Source: the human T2T-CHM13v2.0 reference genome, Homo sapiens
Length of the DNA: 64,000 nt
Assembly (NCBI GenBank): GCA_009914755.4
Contig: CP068257.2
Span: forward strand, 5,632,001-5,696,000
Direction: 5' to 3'
Below, in pieces: positions 29,851 through 46,790 of this stretch. How positions within the stretch are numbered: the first letter of the stretch is position 1; every line of letters starts with the position of its first letter. The notes under the pieces are model-generated. The model was not told the origin of the DNA, ran no database searches, and saw only the letters and a list, made by a program, of their open reading frames with translations. The position numbers were made by a program, and so were the translations under genes.

Positions 29851-29865
29851 TCACATGGATAAACA

Positions 29866-32800
29866 GTTTACGGATGGGCACCTGCCACAGGTGCCTCACC
29901 TCTACTCCCTGAAACCTCACTTCCCCTCATGGGCCTTCTGTCCGACTTGGGGTACCCCTAGCCGCCCTAGGCACACACTGGACTCGAACCAGGGGCGCCA
30001 GCATCCCTGGGGCTCAGCGCAAGGGTTCATGGGAATACACTTTCGTCCGTGGGGGACCCAGTCCTCACTTCTCGGCGGCACAGTTTTTTTTTCTCTGCCC
30101 CAGGTGCCTCACCTTCCCCTCATGGGCCTTCTGTCCACCTTGGGGTACCCCTAGCGGCCCGAGGCATACCCTGGGCTCGAACCAGGGATCCCAGGGTCCC
30201 CGGGGCGCAGCGCAAGGGCTGATGGGGAGACACTTTCTTCTGTGGGGGACCCAGGCCCCGCTTCTCTGAGGCGCGTTTTTTTTTTTTTCTGCCCTAGGTG
30301 CCTCACGTTCACCTCATGGGCCTTCTGCCCGCTTTGGGGTACCCCTAGCGGCTCCAGGCACAAGCCGGGCTTGAATAAGGGTCGCCAGGGTCCCCGGGGC
30401 CCAGCGCAAGGGTTGATGGGACGACACTTTCACCCATGGGGGACCCAGGCCCCGCTTCTCCGCAGCGCGGTTTTTTTTTTTTTTATTTGCCCCAGGTGAC
30501 TCACCTTCCCCTCATGGGCCTTCTGTCTGCTTTGGGTTACCCCTAGCAGGCCAGAGGCGCACCCTGGATTCCAGCCAGGGATGCCAGGGTCCCCGGGGCC
30601 CAGTGCAGGGGCTGATGAGAAGGCACTTTCGTCCGTGGGGTACCCAGGCCCTGCTTCTCTGTGGCGCGGTTTTATTTTTTTCTTTTCCGCCTCAGGTGCC
30701 TTACCTCTCCTCCCTCAAACCTCACCTTCCCCTCATAGGCTTTCTGCCCGCCATGGGGTACCCCAAGAGGCCCGAAGCGCACCCTTGTCTTGAACCAGGG
30801 ATGCCAGGGTCCCCTGGGCCCAGCTCAGAGGCTGATGGGAAGACACTTTCGTCCGTGGGGGAACCAGGCCCTGCTTCTCTGTGGCACAGTTTTTTTTTTT
30901 TTCTGCCTCAGGTGCCTCACCTTCCCCTCATGGGCCTTCTGCCCGCTTTTGGGTACCCCTAGCGAGCCCAAGGCGCACCCTGGGCTCGAACGAGGGTCGC
31001 CAGGGTCGACGGAGCCCAGCGCAGGGGCTGATGGGAAGACACTTTCATCCGTAGGGGACGCAGGCCCCGCTACTCTGTGCTTCGGTTTTTTTTTTTTCCT
31101 CTGCCCCAGGTGCCTCACCTTTCCTCCCTCAAACCTCACCTTCCACTCCTGGGCTTTCTGCCTGCGTTGGAGTACCCCTAGCGACCCGAGCGCACCCTGG
31201 GCTCGAACCAGGGATGCCAGGGTCCCTGGGGCCCAGTGCAGGGGCTGATGGGAAGACACTTTCGTCCGTGGGGGACCCAGGGCCCGCTTCTCGGCGGCGC
31301 GGTTTTTTTTCTCTGCCCCAGGTGCCTCACCTTCCCCTCAGGGGCCTTCTGCCTACGTTGGGATACCCTAGCAGTCCCGAGGTGCACCCTGGGTTCAAAC
31401 CAGGGACGCCAGTGTCCCCAGGGCCCAGCGCAGGGGCTCATCGGAAGGCACTTTCTTCCGTGGGGTACCCAGGCCCCGCTTCTAGGCGGAGCGGTTTTTA
31501 ATTTTTTTCTGTGCTCCAGGTGTCTCACCTTCCCCTCATGGGCCTTCTGCCCACCTTGGGGTACCCCTAGCAGGCCGAGGCGCACCCTGGGCTCTAACCA
31601 GGGATGCCAGGGTCCACAGGCCCAGCTCAGGGGCTTATGGGAAGACACTTTCGTCTGTGGGGGACCCAAGCTCTGCTCCTCTGCAGGGTTTTTTTTTTTT
31701 TCTCTTCCCCAGGTGCCTCACCTTCCCTTCATGGGCTTTCTGCCCGCCTTTGGGTACCCCTAGCGGGCCCGAGGCTCACCCTGGTTTGGAGCCAGGGATG
31801 CTAGTGTCCCCGGGGCCCAGCGCAGCGCTGATGGGAAGGGACTTTTGTCCGTGGGGAACCCAGGACCCACTTCTCTGAGGTGAGCTTTTTTTTTTTTTCT
31901 GCCGCAGGTGCCTCACCTCTCCTCCCTCAAAGCTCACCTTCCCCTCATGAGCCCTCTGTCCGCCTAGAGGTACCGCTAGCGGCCCGAGGCACACCCTGTG
32001 GCTGAACCAGGGACTCCAGGGTCCCTGCGGCCCAGCACAGGCGCTGATGGGAAGACACGTTCGTTCGTGGAGGACCCAGGCCCCGTTTCTCAGTGGCGTG
32101 GTTTTTTTTCTCTGCCCGGGTGCCTCACCTTCCTCTAATGGGCCTTTTGCCCGCTTTGGGGTACCCCTAGCGGGCCCTATTCGCACCCTGCGCTCGAACC
32201 AGGGTCGCAGTGTCCACGAGGTCCAGCGCAAGGCCTGATGGGAAGGCACTTTCGTCACTGGGGACCCAGGCCCCGCTTCTCCGTGGCGAGGTTTTTTTTT
32301 TTTTCTCTGCCCCAGGTGCCTCACCTTCCCCTCAAGTGCCTTCTGCATGCTTTGGGGTACCCCTAGCGGCCCAAGGCGCACCCTGGGCTCGAACAATGGA
32401 AGCCAGGTTCCACGGGGCCAAGCGCAGTGGCTGATGGGAAGACACGTTCTTCCTCGGGGACCCAGGCTCTGCTTCTCTGCGGCGTTTTTTTTTTTTCTTT
32501 TCCCCAGGTGCCTCACTTTCCCGTCATGGGCTTTCTGCCCGCCTTGAGGTACCCCTAGCGGGCCCGTAGGCGCACCCTGGTTTCGAGCCAGAGACGCTAG
32601 GGTCTCCGGGGCCCAGTGCAGGGCTGATGGGTAGGGACGTTCTTCCGTGGGGAACCCAGGCCCCACTTCTGGGCGGCACAGTTTTTTTATTTTTTTCTCT
32701 ACCCCAGGTGTCTCACCTTTCCCTCATGGGCCTTCTGTCTTGGGGTACCCCTAGCAGGCCGAGGCACACGCTGGGCTCCAGCCAGGGATACCAGGGTCCC

Positions 32801-33701
32801 CGGGGCGCAGTGCAAGCGCTGATGGGAAGACAGCTTCTTCTGTGGGGGACCCAGGCCCCGCTTATCCGCGGCGCGGTTGTTTTTTTTTTTCTCTGCCCCA
32901 CGTGCATCACCTTCCCCTCATGGGCCTTCTGCCCGCTTTTGGGTACACCTAGCGGCCTGAAGCACACCCTGGTCTCGAACCAGGTACGCCAGGGTCCCCT
33001 GGGTCCAGCGCAAGGGCTGATGGGAAGACACTTTCGTCCGTTGGGGACCCAGGCTCCGCTTCTCCGTGGTGCAGTTTTTTCTTTTTTTTCCTGCCACAGG
33101 TGCCTCACCTCTCCTTCCTCAAACCTCAACTGCCCCTCAGGGATTTCTGCCCACCTTGGGGTACCCCTAGCAGGCCCGAGGCGCACCCGAGGCTCGAACA
33201 GGGTCTCCAGCGTCCACAGGGCCCAGCGCAGGGACTGATGGGAAGGCATTTTCATCCGTGGGGGACCCAGGCCCAGCTTCTCCTAGGCGCGGCTTGTTGT
33301 TTTTTTTTTTTTCTGCCACAGGTTCCTCACCTCTCCTCCCTCAAACGTCAACTTCCCATCATGGGCTTTCTGCCCGACTTGGGGTACCCCTAGCAGCCCA
33401 AGGCGCTCCCTGGACTCGAACCATGGATGCCAGGGTCGCCGGGGCCCAGCACAGGGGCTGATCGGAAGGTACCTTCATCCGTGGGTACCCAGGCCCCGCT
33501 TCTCAAAGCTGCGGTTTTTTTTCTCCGCCCCAGGTGCCTCACCTTCCCCTCATTGGCCTTCTGCCTGCTTTGGGGTAACACGAGCGGGCCCAAGGCGCTC
33601 CCGGGTCTCGAACCAGGGTCGCCAGGTTCTCGAGGCTAGCGCAGGAGGTGATGGGAAGGCACTTTCATCAGTGGGGACCCAGGCCCGGCTTCTCAGAGGC
33701 G

Positions 33702-33786
<85 letters not shown>

Positions 33787-35310
33787 TTTTCCTGCCACAG
33801 GTGACTCACCTCTCCTCCCTCAAATCTCACTTTCCCCTCATGGGCTTTCTGGCTTCCTTAGGGTACCCTAGCGTGCCGGAGTCTCTTCTGATCCTTGAAC
33901 TAGGGTCGCCAGGGTCCAGGAGGCCCAGCGCAGGGGCTGATGAGAAGGCACTTTCGTCTGTGGGAGAACCAGGCCCCGCTTCTCCTCGGCACGTTTGTAT
34001 TTTTCTGCCGCAGGTGCGTCACCTCTCCTCCCTCAAACCTCACCTTCTCCTCATGGGCCTTCTGCCTGCTTTGGGGTACACCTAGCGGGCCTGAGGTGCA
34101 CCCAGGCCTAGAACCAGGGTCGCCTGGGTCCACGGGGCCCAGCGCAGGGACTGATGAGAAGGCACTTTTTTCCATGGGAGACCCAGGTCCCGCTTCTCCG
34201 TGGCGTGGTTTCTTTTTCTTTTCTGCCACTAGTGCCTCACCTCTCCTCCCTCACAGCTCACCTTCCTCTCATGGGCTTTCCACCGCGTTGGGGTACCCCT
34301 AGTGGCCCAAGGCTCTCCCTGAGCTCAAACCAGGGACCCCAGGTTCCCCGGTACCCAGCACAGGGGCTGATGGGAAGGCACTTTCATCCGTGGGGGACCC
34401 AGGCCCCACCTCTCCACGGCGCGGGTTTTTTCTTTCTTTTTCTGTGACAGGTGCCTCACCTCTCCTCCCTCAAAACTCACCTTCCCCTCATGGGCTTTGT
34501 GCGCCCAAAGCCCCCCTTGGGGTTCACTTAGCGGCTGAGGCACACCCTGAGCTCGAACAAGGGACACCAGGGTCCCCGGTCCCAGTGCAGGGACTGATGG
34601 GAAGACACTTTCGTTCGTGGGGCACCCAGGCCGTGCTTCTCCGCGGCGAAGTTTTTTTTTTTTCTCTGCCCCAGGTGCCTCACCATCCCCTTAGGGGCTT
34701 TCTGCCCACCTTGCAGTACCCCTACTGGCCCGAGGTGCACCCTGGGGTCAAACCAGGGATGCCAGGGTCCCCAGGGCCCAGCGAAGGGGCTGATGGGATG
34801 GCACTTTCATCCGTGGGGGACCCAGGCACTGCTTCTTGGTGGCACGTTTTTTTTTCTCTGCCTCAGGTGCCTCACCTTCCCCTCATGGACCTTTTGTTCG
34901 CTTTGTGGTACCCCAAGCGGTCCCGAGGCGCAACCTGGGCTCGAACCAGGGTCGCCAGGGTCCACCACGCCCAGCATAGGGCCTGATGGGAAGGCACTTT
35001 CATCTGTGGTGGACCCAGGCCCCACTTCTCTGAGGCGCGGTCCTCTTTTTTTTTTTTTCTGCCCCTGGTGCCTCACCTCTCCTCCCACAAACTTCAACTT
35101 CCACTCATAGGGTTTCTGTCCGAGTTGGGGTACCCCTAGTCGCCCGAGGCGCACCCTGGGCGTGAACCAGGGATGCCAGGGTCCCTGGGGCGCAGCGCAA
35201 GGGCTGATGGGAAAAAACTTTCGTCTGTGGATGACCCAGACACCGCTTCGCGGCGCATTTTTTTTTTCTTTGCCCCAGGTGTCTCACCTTCCCCTCATGG
35301 ACCTTCTGAC
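29866..35310. repeat. GC/CpG-rich satellite, unit ~196-215 bp, ~27 copies (~5.4 kb). Each unit holds a T-run of 8-16 and the motif gggtacccctagcggcccgaggcgcaccctgggctcgaaccagggtcgccagggtcc. Family not recognised (possibly TAR1-associated).
   Basis: The unit caggtgcctcaccttcccctcatgggccttctgcccgctttggggtacccctagcggcc... recurs with ~195-200 bp period across the whole span. A variant carries an extra ctctcctccctcaaacctcac. The long ORFs in the six-frame track (e.g. 31776..32666, 296 aa) are stop-free repeat artefacts. Confidence 0.85.
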
Positions 35311-35311
35311 T

Positions 35312-35470
35312 TTCTGCACCTGCTCCGGCGCTGTGGGCCTCCCTGCGCCTGCGCCGGCGCTGTGGGCACCCCCCCCCCCGGCGCCTGCGCCGGCGCTGTG
35401 GCCCCCCGCCCCCCGCGCCTGCGCCGGCGCTGTGGGGCCCCCACCCCCCTGCGCCTGCGCCGGCGCTGTG
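35312..35470 (+). repeat. GC-rich 29/37-bp tandem repeats (5 units: gcgcctgcgccggcgctgtgg + C-run), subtelomeric type
   Basis: gcacctgctccggcgctgtgggcctccctgcgcctgcgccggcgctgtgggcaccccccccccc ggcgcctgcgccggcgctgtggccccccgcccccc gcgcctgcgccggcgctgtggggcccccacccccct gcgcctgcgccggcgctgtgcaac. Confidence 0.7.
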
Positions 35471-35475
35471 CAACT

Positions 35476-35735
35476 TTGCGAGGGCGGAGCTGCGTTCTTC
35501 CCAGCACCGACACGGAGAGCATCGCCGGGGCGGAGCTGAGTTCTCCTCTGCACACACTTCGGAGATACAGCAAAGGCGGAGCAGTGTTCTCCTCAACACA
35601 GACCTGGGCAGGCCGGGGTCTCCGTGAGGGCGGAGCTGCGTTCTGCTCAGCACAGACCCGGGGGACACCGCGAAGGCAGAGTAGCGTTCTCCTCAGCACA
35701 GACCTTGGGGGCACTGCCTCGCTTTGGGACAACTC
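35476..35735 (+). repeat. ~50-61-bp tandem repeats (gggcggagctgcgttctgctcagcacagac...), the '61-bp repeat' type of subtelomeric CpG islands
   Basis: Five units begin gagggcggagctgcgttcttcccagcaccgac / ggggcggagctgagttctcctctgcacacac / aaaggcggagcagtgttctcctcaacacagacc / gagggcggagctgcgttctgctcagcacagacc / aaggcagagtagcgttctcctcagcacagacc. Confidence 0.6.
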
Positions 35736-36123
35736 GGGGCCGCATAGACGCTGAATAAAATCCTTCCTGTTTGCAGCCCTGAGTAATCAGGGTCAGCGAC
35801 CAGTAAGAAGGGTTCAGTGTGGAAAAGGGAAACCAAAAGCCCCTCTGAATCCTACCCACCGAGGTTCTCCCCAGCCAAGGCGAGGCGCCGCAGTGCGAGA
35901 TCCACACCGCAGCCTCAGAAGACAAATGCAGCATTCCTAATGCGGACATGACACCCAAAATATGACACGCCCATTGCTCATGTAACAAGCACCTGTAATG
36001 CTAATGCACTGCCTCAATACAAAAATATTAATATAAGATCCGCAATCCCCTTGCTGCCATGCAGTCCTAAGACAGATCATAATAATCAACATTGACATAG
36101 TCAATACAAACGTAGTAACGAAC
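35736..36123 (+). repeat. TAR1-like pre-telomeric sequence (unique-looking segment between the CpG-island repeats and the telomeric repeat tract)
   Basis: ...gacaaatgcagcattcctaatgcggacatgacacccaaaatatgacacgcccattgctcatgtaacaagcacctgtaatgctaatgc...tagtaacgaacctagggttaagg leads directly into the TTAGGG-like repeats. Confidence 0.45.
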
Positions 36124-36432
36124 CTAGGGTTAAGGTTGGTGTTAGGGTTAGGGGTTAGGGGTTAAGTTTAGGGTTAGGGGTTGGAGATAGGTGTTGGGGT
36201 CAGAGTTAGGAGTTAAGAGTCAACGTTTAGAGTTAAGGGTTAAGAGATGTTAGGGGTTAGGGATAAGGGGTTAGGGTTGGATTAGTGTGAGGGTGAGGGT
36301 TGTTGTTAGGGGTTAGGCTTAGGGGTTACAGTTAAGGGTTAAGGGTTAGGGTTAGGGGTTAGGGTTAGGGTCAGGGGTTAGGGGTCAGGGGTTAGGGGTC
36401 AGGGTCAGGGGTCAGGGTCAGGTTCAGGGGTC
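36124..36432 (+). repeat. Degenerate telomeric repeat tract (TTAGGG)n rich in proximal-type variants (TTGGGG, TGAGGG, TCAGGG), ~310 bp, ending abruptly
   Basis: ctagggttaaggttggtgttagggttaggggttaggggttaagtttagggttagggg...gggttagggttaggggttagggttagggtcaggggttaggggtcaggggttaggggtcagggtcaggggtcagggtcaggttcaggggtc. Confidence 0.9.
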
Positions 36433-39090
<2,658 letters not shown>

Positions 39091-39289
39091 TGAAACCCTT
39101 ACTTGTGGGTGCAGAGCGGCATGAATGAAGTCAATTAACATGTTTATTACCTCACAGAATAGTTACCTTTTTGTGTGCATGTGTGGGATAAGAAAACTTA
39201 ACTCTATCCCCTGTGACTGAATAGTGGCCATTCCAGCTGCTCCAGGCTCCAGCAGAGGAAGACCGGGGTAGGTGGCTCCACCAGGGTGA

Positions 39290-41380
<2,091 letters not shown>

Positions 41381-41399
41381 GAACAAAGCAGGCGGAGGA

Positions 41400-41800
41400 A
41401 GGTGGGATAACCTTGCTAGCTGAAGCTTCTGGCTCTCTTTTTTTCTTCTTCCCGTGCAGGAAACTTGCTTCCCTTCTTCCTGCCCTTGGACATGAGACTG
41501 CAGGTTCTTATGCGTTTGGACTCTGGGACTTGCACCAGTGGCTTCCCCGAGGCTCTCAGGCCCCCGGCCTCAGACTGAAGACTGCACTGCGGGCTTTCCT
41601 GGTTTTGAGGCTTTTGGACTTGGACTGAGCCACTACTAGCTTCTCTCTTTCCCTACCTGGCAGACAGCCTGTTGTGGGACTGCCTTCTAACCGTGTGAAC
41701 CAATTCTCTCTGGTAAACTCCCTTATACATATACGTGTATCTTGTTGGTTCTGTCCCTCTGGAGAAACCTGACTAATACATTTTGTATATTTTTCCTCCA
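41400..41800. mobile_element. Possible LTR/MER-type interspersed repeat fragment (family not assigned)
   Basis: ggactctgggacttgcaccagtggcttccccgaggctctcaggcccccggcctcagactgaagactgcactgcgggctttcctggttttgaggcttttggacttggactgagccactactagcttc...ccttctaaccgtgtgaaccaattctctctggtaaactccc resembles a common primate LTR-like consensus. Recalled from memory only. Confidence 0.25.
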
Positions 41801-44800
41801 CTGCCCTTTCCTCTGCTTCTAGGCTTACCTAGACCACCACCATTCTTTCCCCCTTTCTAAAGTAAAAGTTGTTTTTTTCTCACTAAATGCATGGTATTCT
41901 GCCCATTTTCCATGGCTTCCCTCAGCCCTGCTCTGTTTATTCTTGCTATCTTAAGAGGAAATCCCTGCCTCTTTCATGGCTTTTCCCACTTGGTCTACTT
42001 ACTGTTTTCTGTTGTTCTCAGAGACACACTGAGACCTTTCACATCTCACTGTCACTTCTTGGAAGGGCTCTCTACCTCGTCTGCCTGCTGAGCAACCTCT
42101 TGGAGTGACGCGGGCACTCTTGAGTCACTGAACTTGAGCTATTTGGTGTTAGTATGTTAATTTATCTTCTTAGACCACTTACCACTTCCTTAACTTCAAA
42201 AGAAAAGAATAAGTATTATTTTCCATGGTTGATATGAAGAGTAGAAATAACTTATACAAAATACATTGCAGTTAAGTGATAATAAATGGCTGTGAATGTC
42301 CTTATTAATGTTATTCTATCAGTCTCAGCTCAGATACCATCTGCTCTGTGAGCTCTGCTCTGAATCATATCTGCTTCTTCTCTGGGTTCCTTGTGCTCTG
42401 TTCTTAACTACTTTAAAGCAGTAATTGTTCTGATTCTAATTAGTGATGCTTCCCAATAAAATTTTAATTTTGTAGATCTCTTCCCCCCACCCCTGCCCCA
42501 GCCTAACCAGTGTTTTCTTACTTTTTTGTGTACAGGCTACATCACTGGTCTTCTTTTATTTGTGGCTAAATAAATGTTGTGTTAGAAGAGTAAAGAGTTC
42601 CCAGTTACATGGGATCTATAGTTCTACAAAATGAATGTATACATAATCCATGTAAATACTTCACTTATTTTAAAACAATTTTTTAATTTTTAAATTAAAT
42701 TTAATTTGTGCATGTGTGTGAGACCAGAGTGAGAACAGAGATGGCGGTGGTGAGGGGCAGTGGTCTCACCATGTTGCCCAGGCTAGTCTTGAACTCCCCT
42801 TCAAGTGCCACCCTCCTCACCTGGCCCCCCTCACCTTGCCTCCTCCCCTCTCACTCCTATGCCAACTCCTGCCATTCCCTACCCCCTCTGTAGACTGCAA
42901 GACTCATCAAGTGACTTGCTGAGCAAACTCTGCTGAGAAGAGATCTGTTTAGGGACAGAGGAGGCCAAGTACACAAAAAAGCAAAAGAACTAGCATGTCT
43001 TTTTCAATGGATGTCTATTTTACAGGGCTGGCTTCAGATTATTATAGCTTTAAATAAAAGGACCGTTTTGTCATCTCGGCCCATGGCCTACATTATTTCT
43101 TTACTGTCTATTGCCCTGGGCACTTGACTAATAATTTAACAGCAGTTTTTTTTTTTTAATTTTAAATCATGATTCATTGCATTGCTGTAAGAGTAATTAG
43201 AGGTAAAGTAGGGCTTGAAACTGCCTGTAGTTGGTTACTTACTGAGATCTTAGCATCATTGTCAGGTGAGAGGGTGAAGTTTTAATTAGCGCTAAGTGGG
43301 ATAGAAATTCAATGCACTGAAACTGCAGTGTCCAATTCAGTAGGTGCTAGTCACCTGTAACTGTTGAGCACTTGTAATCCTGGCTAGTCCTAATTGAGAT
43401 GTGTTGTGTTAAATACACTGGATTTTGTCGTTGGAGTGGGAAGAACAGTGTAGAATATCTGCTTGATTTTTTTTATATTTATTACATGTTAAAATTATTA
43501 CTATGATTACTATTTGGGACATACTGAGTTAAGTATATTTAAAATTAATTTCACCTTTTCTTTTAATGGGGCTTACTAGTACATTTAAAATTACATACGT
43601 GGCTCACATATTTATTGGACAGCACAGCTCTAGAAGTTTAGGAAGAAATAAGAAAAATATTGAGAATAGGTAGCGACAGTAGGAAGTTTGACCTCCTGTA
43701 AGACTGATTCCAATAAAACTAATAGGTGATAGTTTTAATTGGCTTTTTCCTACTAGAAGAAGTAAGTGTACTTTACATGCCTCTTTGTTCTCCCTCTTTC
43801 CCCTTCAATTTAGTGGTTAGCGTGTATTTACTACATCAGGCTTAATATTCACTAAACAGTGTTAGGAAGACTTAGGTAAATGATTCCCTGATGAACACAC
43901 TTGATATTCAAAGCACTTTCCTAACCCATTTTTAATTGGAATAGAGTCAAATGTAGATGGCTTATTAGTAGTCATCTCATTTAAATCTCATGGAATTTTC
44001 CTACTAAATCTCAAAGTAAACAATTTGTTATAGGCTGTTTTGTCAAGTTTATGGAAGGGACAGCATAGGACATGTGGTACTTCATTTCCAAATTGCTTGA
44101 GATGGTTTTCATTATAATCATACATTATTTGCTTCTGGTTTTCCAGAAAAGCCAGCTAAACCTGTGGTTCATTTAGATATAAATGAAATATCCACAAAGG
44201 ATTGCTCAAAGTGACTTATGCAACTTGAATATATATTTTTTCTGTAGGGTGTTTATTCCAAATTATCTGGCCATTTGCTGCAATTTGCAGTTTTTTAGAA
44301 AACACCAAATATTTCTCAAGTTAGAGATGTTTTAATAAAAACAGTCATATTGTACTGGCAGCAGACAAATAAAATGGCCCTTTATTTCACAGTTGAGAAT
44401 TTGAAATTGGAAGGTAATTAACATATGTAAGGATGATGTATTTGCTGCCTGGCTTATAGGAATGAGCCAAGTTGTTTTTTGAGGTATGTTGTTGCTGTGT
44501 ATGTCCCACCTATTTTGCTTCCTTAATGAACAATGCAAGTTTGAGACAGAAATATTTGAGAACATTTTTATCAGTTGTGACATTTTGATAGTGAACATTT
44601 TATATCTTCTGTCAACTTAAAATGTTTGCATCTTCTGTCAGCTTAAAATGTTTAATTTGTTATAGCCAAATAATTTGGCTATAATTGATAATTTAATTTA
44701 TCAAATTAAATTGCTTTTTTTCCCTTTAGACTTTCTTCAGTCACATCTGAATAAATCCCTTAGAAGTAAGCTAGATGTAATATAATGAAATGCTTAAAAG

Positions 44801-45364
44801 GGCTGTGTATCTTCATATTACACTTACAGTGATTTTCTCTTGTGCCCATTATATTCTACCTGCAGCTAGTTGAGGTAAAGAGAGGGCATTTAACTGTCAA
44901 GGGAACCTGTGAGGAGACTGTAGAAATCTGGAAAGTCTCTTGAGTCTTTGAGGGATTTTGGGATGCAGAGAGTGGGGCTGGGATCTCTGGCTAGGTTGGA
45001 GCCAGCCTGCATTTGTATCTTTATCTTGGAAGCAAACTTAGAATGCAGAGATAGATGTGGCCTGGATGCTGCTAACTCTAGCCAACCACTAAATCTTAAG
45101 GTGGGAGAGATGCAGCCTTTGGCTGGGTGCTAAGCTGCTGTAGCTGGTTGAATGTAGAGGTCACTATCTTTTCTGAATATTTGTAAGTAAATTAAATCAT
45201 TCTTTACTCCTGTATGCCTGCCAACCAAATGGGAAATCGCTATAGAAAAGATGGTTTAAATTTTAGTCTTTGAAGTGGTTTATGCACGTTTCTGGAATCA
45301 GGATTTAACGCGGACTTGGATTGGATATTGAATATTTTTCATTTGTCTACTTTTCTCTCCATAG

Positions 45365-45636
45365 GGAGCTTATAGCTTCATTGCACTGTGTGTGGCATTT
45401 GGGTCCTGTTTGACAGCAATGACTGCCTTTCTGTTTAGTGTCTGTGTGCTATGAAGATTGCACACAGGGGTCCAGATGCATCCTGTTTTGAGAATGTTAA
45501 TGGATACACCAGCTGCTGCTTTGGATTTCACCCATTGGTGGTAGTGGACCCGCTGTTTGGAATGCAGACAATTTAAGTGAAGACATATCCATATATGTGG
45601 CTCTGTTACAATGGTGAAATCTACAACCATAAGAAG
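45365..45636 (+). pseudogene. ASNS: ASNS-like first coding exon. Start codon lost (CTG, with a 2-nt TG insertion: ctgtgtgtggcattt versus ATGTGTGGCATTT). In-frame TAG at 45436-45438 replaces Gln; TAA at 45574-45576 replaces Arg.
   Basis: Acceptor ...ttttctctccatag|ggagcttatagcttcattgcac. Donor ...ctacaaccataagaag|gtagggg. Nucleotide alignment to the remembered ASNS CDS is ~90% identical over 250 nt. Confidence 0.8.
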
Positions 45637-45965
45637 GTAGGGGAAAAGAAGCCAGATGTGTGGATGTGATTAAACTTCAGAGCTTGTTGGTTACGATGAG
45701 ATTATATATTCTGTATCATGCTTTTTACTTTGCAAAGCATTCTATGTTATCTCATTTGCTCTAAGTATGTAGATAGGGAACTGATGAATAAAATGGTGAG
45801 TGAAATCACTTGGTCACAAAAAAGTGATAAAAATGGGGATTACACAGTTTCTTTGACTCTTAGAATTTTTTCTCCTTCTCCCCAGCTTTTTGTTTTGAAA
45901 AAAATTCTAACATACAGAAAAGAACAGAATAGTGAGCACCTAGATTGAATAATCATTAATGTTTT

Positions 45966-46033
45966 GCCATATTTGCTTGATTTTTCTTTCTACACACACA
46001 CACACACACACACACATACACACACACACACAG
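45966..46033. repeat. (CA)n dinucleotide microsatellite
   Basis: acacacacacacacacacacacatacacacacacacacag. Confidence 0.9.
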
Positions 46034-46174
46034 TTTTTTGCCAAATCATTTGAGAGTATGGTGCAGATTTTGTGACACTCCTAAATATATAAGCATTTAT
46101 CTCCTAAGAATAAGGACATTTTTCTACATAACATCAATACCATTATTAAACCTAAGAATCCATAATATCACCTG

Positions 46175-46480
46175 GCTGGGTGCGGTGGCTCACGCCTGTA
46201 ATCCCAGCACCTTGGGAGGCTGAGGTGGGTGGATCACGAGGTCAGGAGGTTGAAACCATGCTGGCTAGCACGGAGAAACCCCATCTCCACTAAAAATACA
46301 AAAATAAAAAAAATCAGCCAGGCGTGGTGGTGGGCACCTGTAGTCCCAGCTACTCGGGAGGCTGAGGCAGGAGAATGGTGTGAACCTGGGAGGTGGAGCT
46401 TGCAGTGTGCTAAGCTTCAGCCACTGTACTCCAGCCTGGGAGACAGAGCAAGACTCTGTCTCAAAAATGAAAAAAAAAAA
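46175..46480 (+). mobile_element. Alu SINE (AluY/S-like) with poly-A tail
   Basis: ggctgggtgcggtggctcacgcctgtaatcccagcaccttgggaggctgaggtgggtggatcacgaggtcaggag...ctgtctcaaaaatgaaaaaaaaaaa. Confidence 0.85.
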
Positions 46481-46524
46481 TCATAATGCCACCTAATATC
46501 CAGTTAATACTTAAATTTCGCTAA

Positions 46525-46790
<266 letters not shown>

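Larger units (their letters stand above)
35300..35900 (+). promoter_or_regulatory. Subtelomeric '61-29-37 repeat' CpG island of the kind that acts as the TERRA promoter. Its orientation would drive transcription rightwards into the TTAGGG tract.
   Basis: High CpG density, and the 29/37-bp plus 61-bp repeat organisation sits ~0.4-0.8 kb proximal to a (TTAGGG)n tract. This matches the published architecture of human subtelomeric TERRA promoters. Confidence 0.45.

Noticed and set aside
31000-31300. Calling a tRNA gene from the T-arm-like hairpin CCTGGTTCGAGCCCAGG
   Set aside because: I could not fold a complete cloverleaf (no convincing acceptor or anticodon stems adjacent). It is reported only as a possible evolutionary vestige, not as a tRNA gene.
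29866-35310. Very long ORFs on both strands inside the 198-bp satellite (e.g. 31776..32666, 296 aa; 32627..33238, 203 aa; 34390..34986, 198 aa) that look like candidate proteins
   Set aside because: They translate to periodic peptides repeating every ~65 aa (…PWGTQAPLL… / …GQKAHEGKVRHL…). They are open in several frames simultaneously and exist only because a GC-rich tandem repeat rarely contains stop codons. There are no start context, splice signals or conservation.
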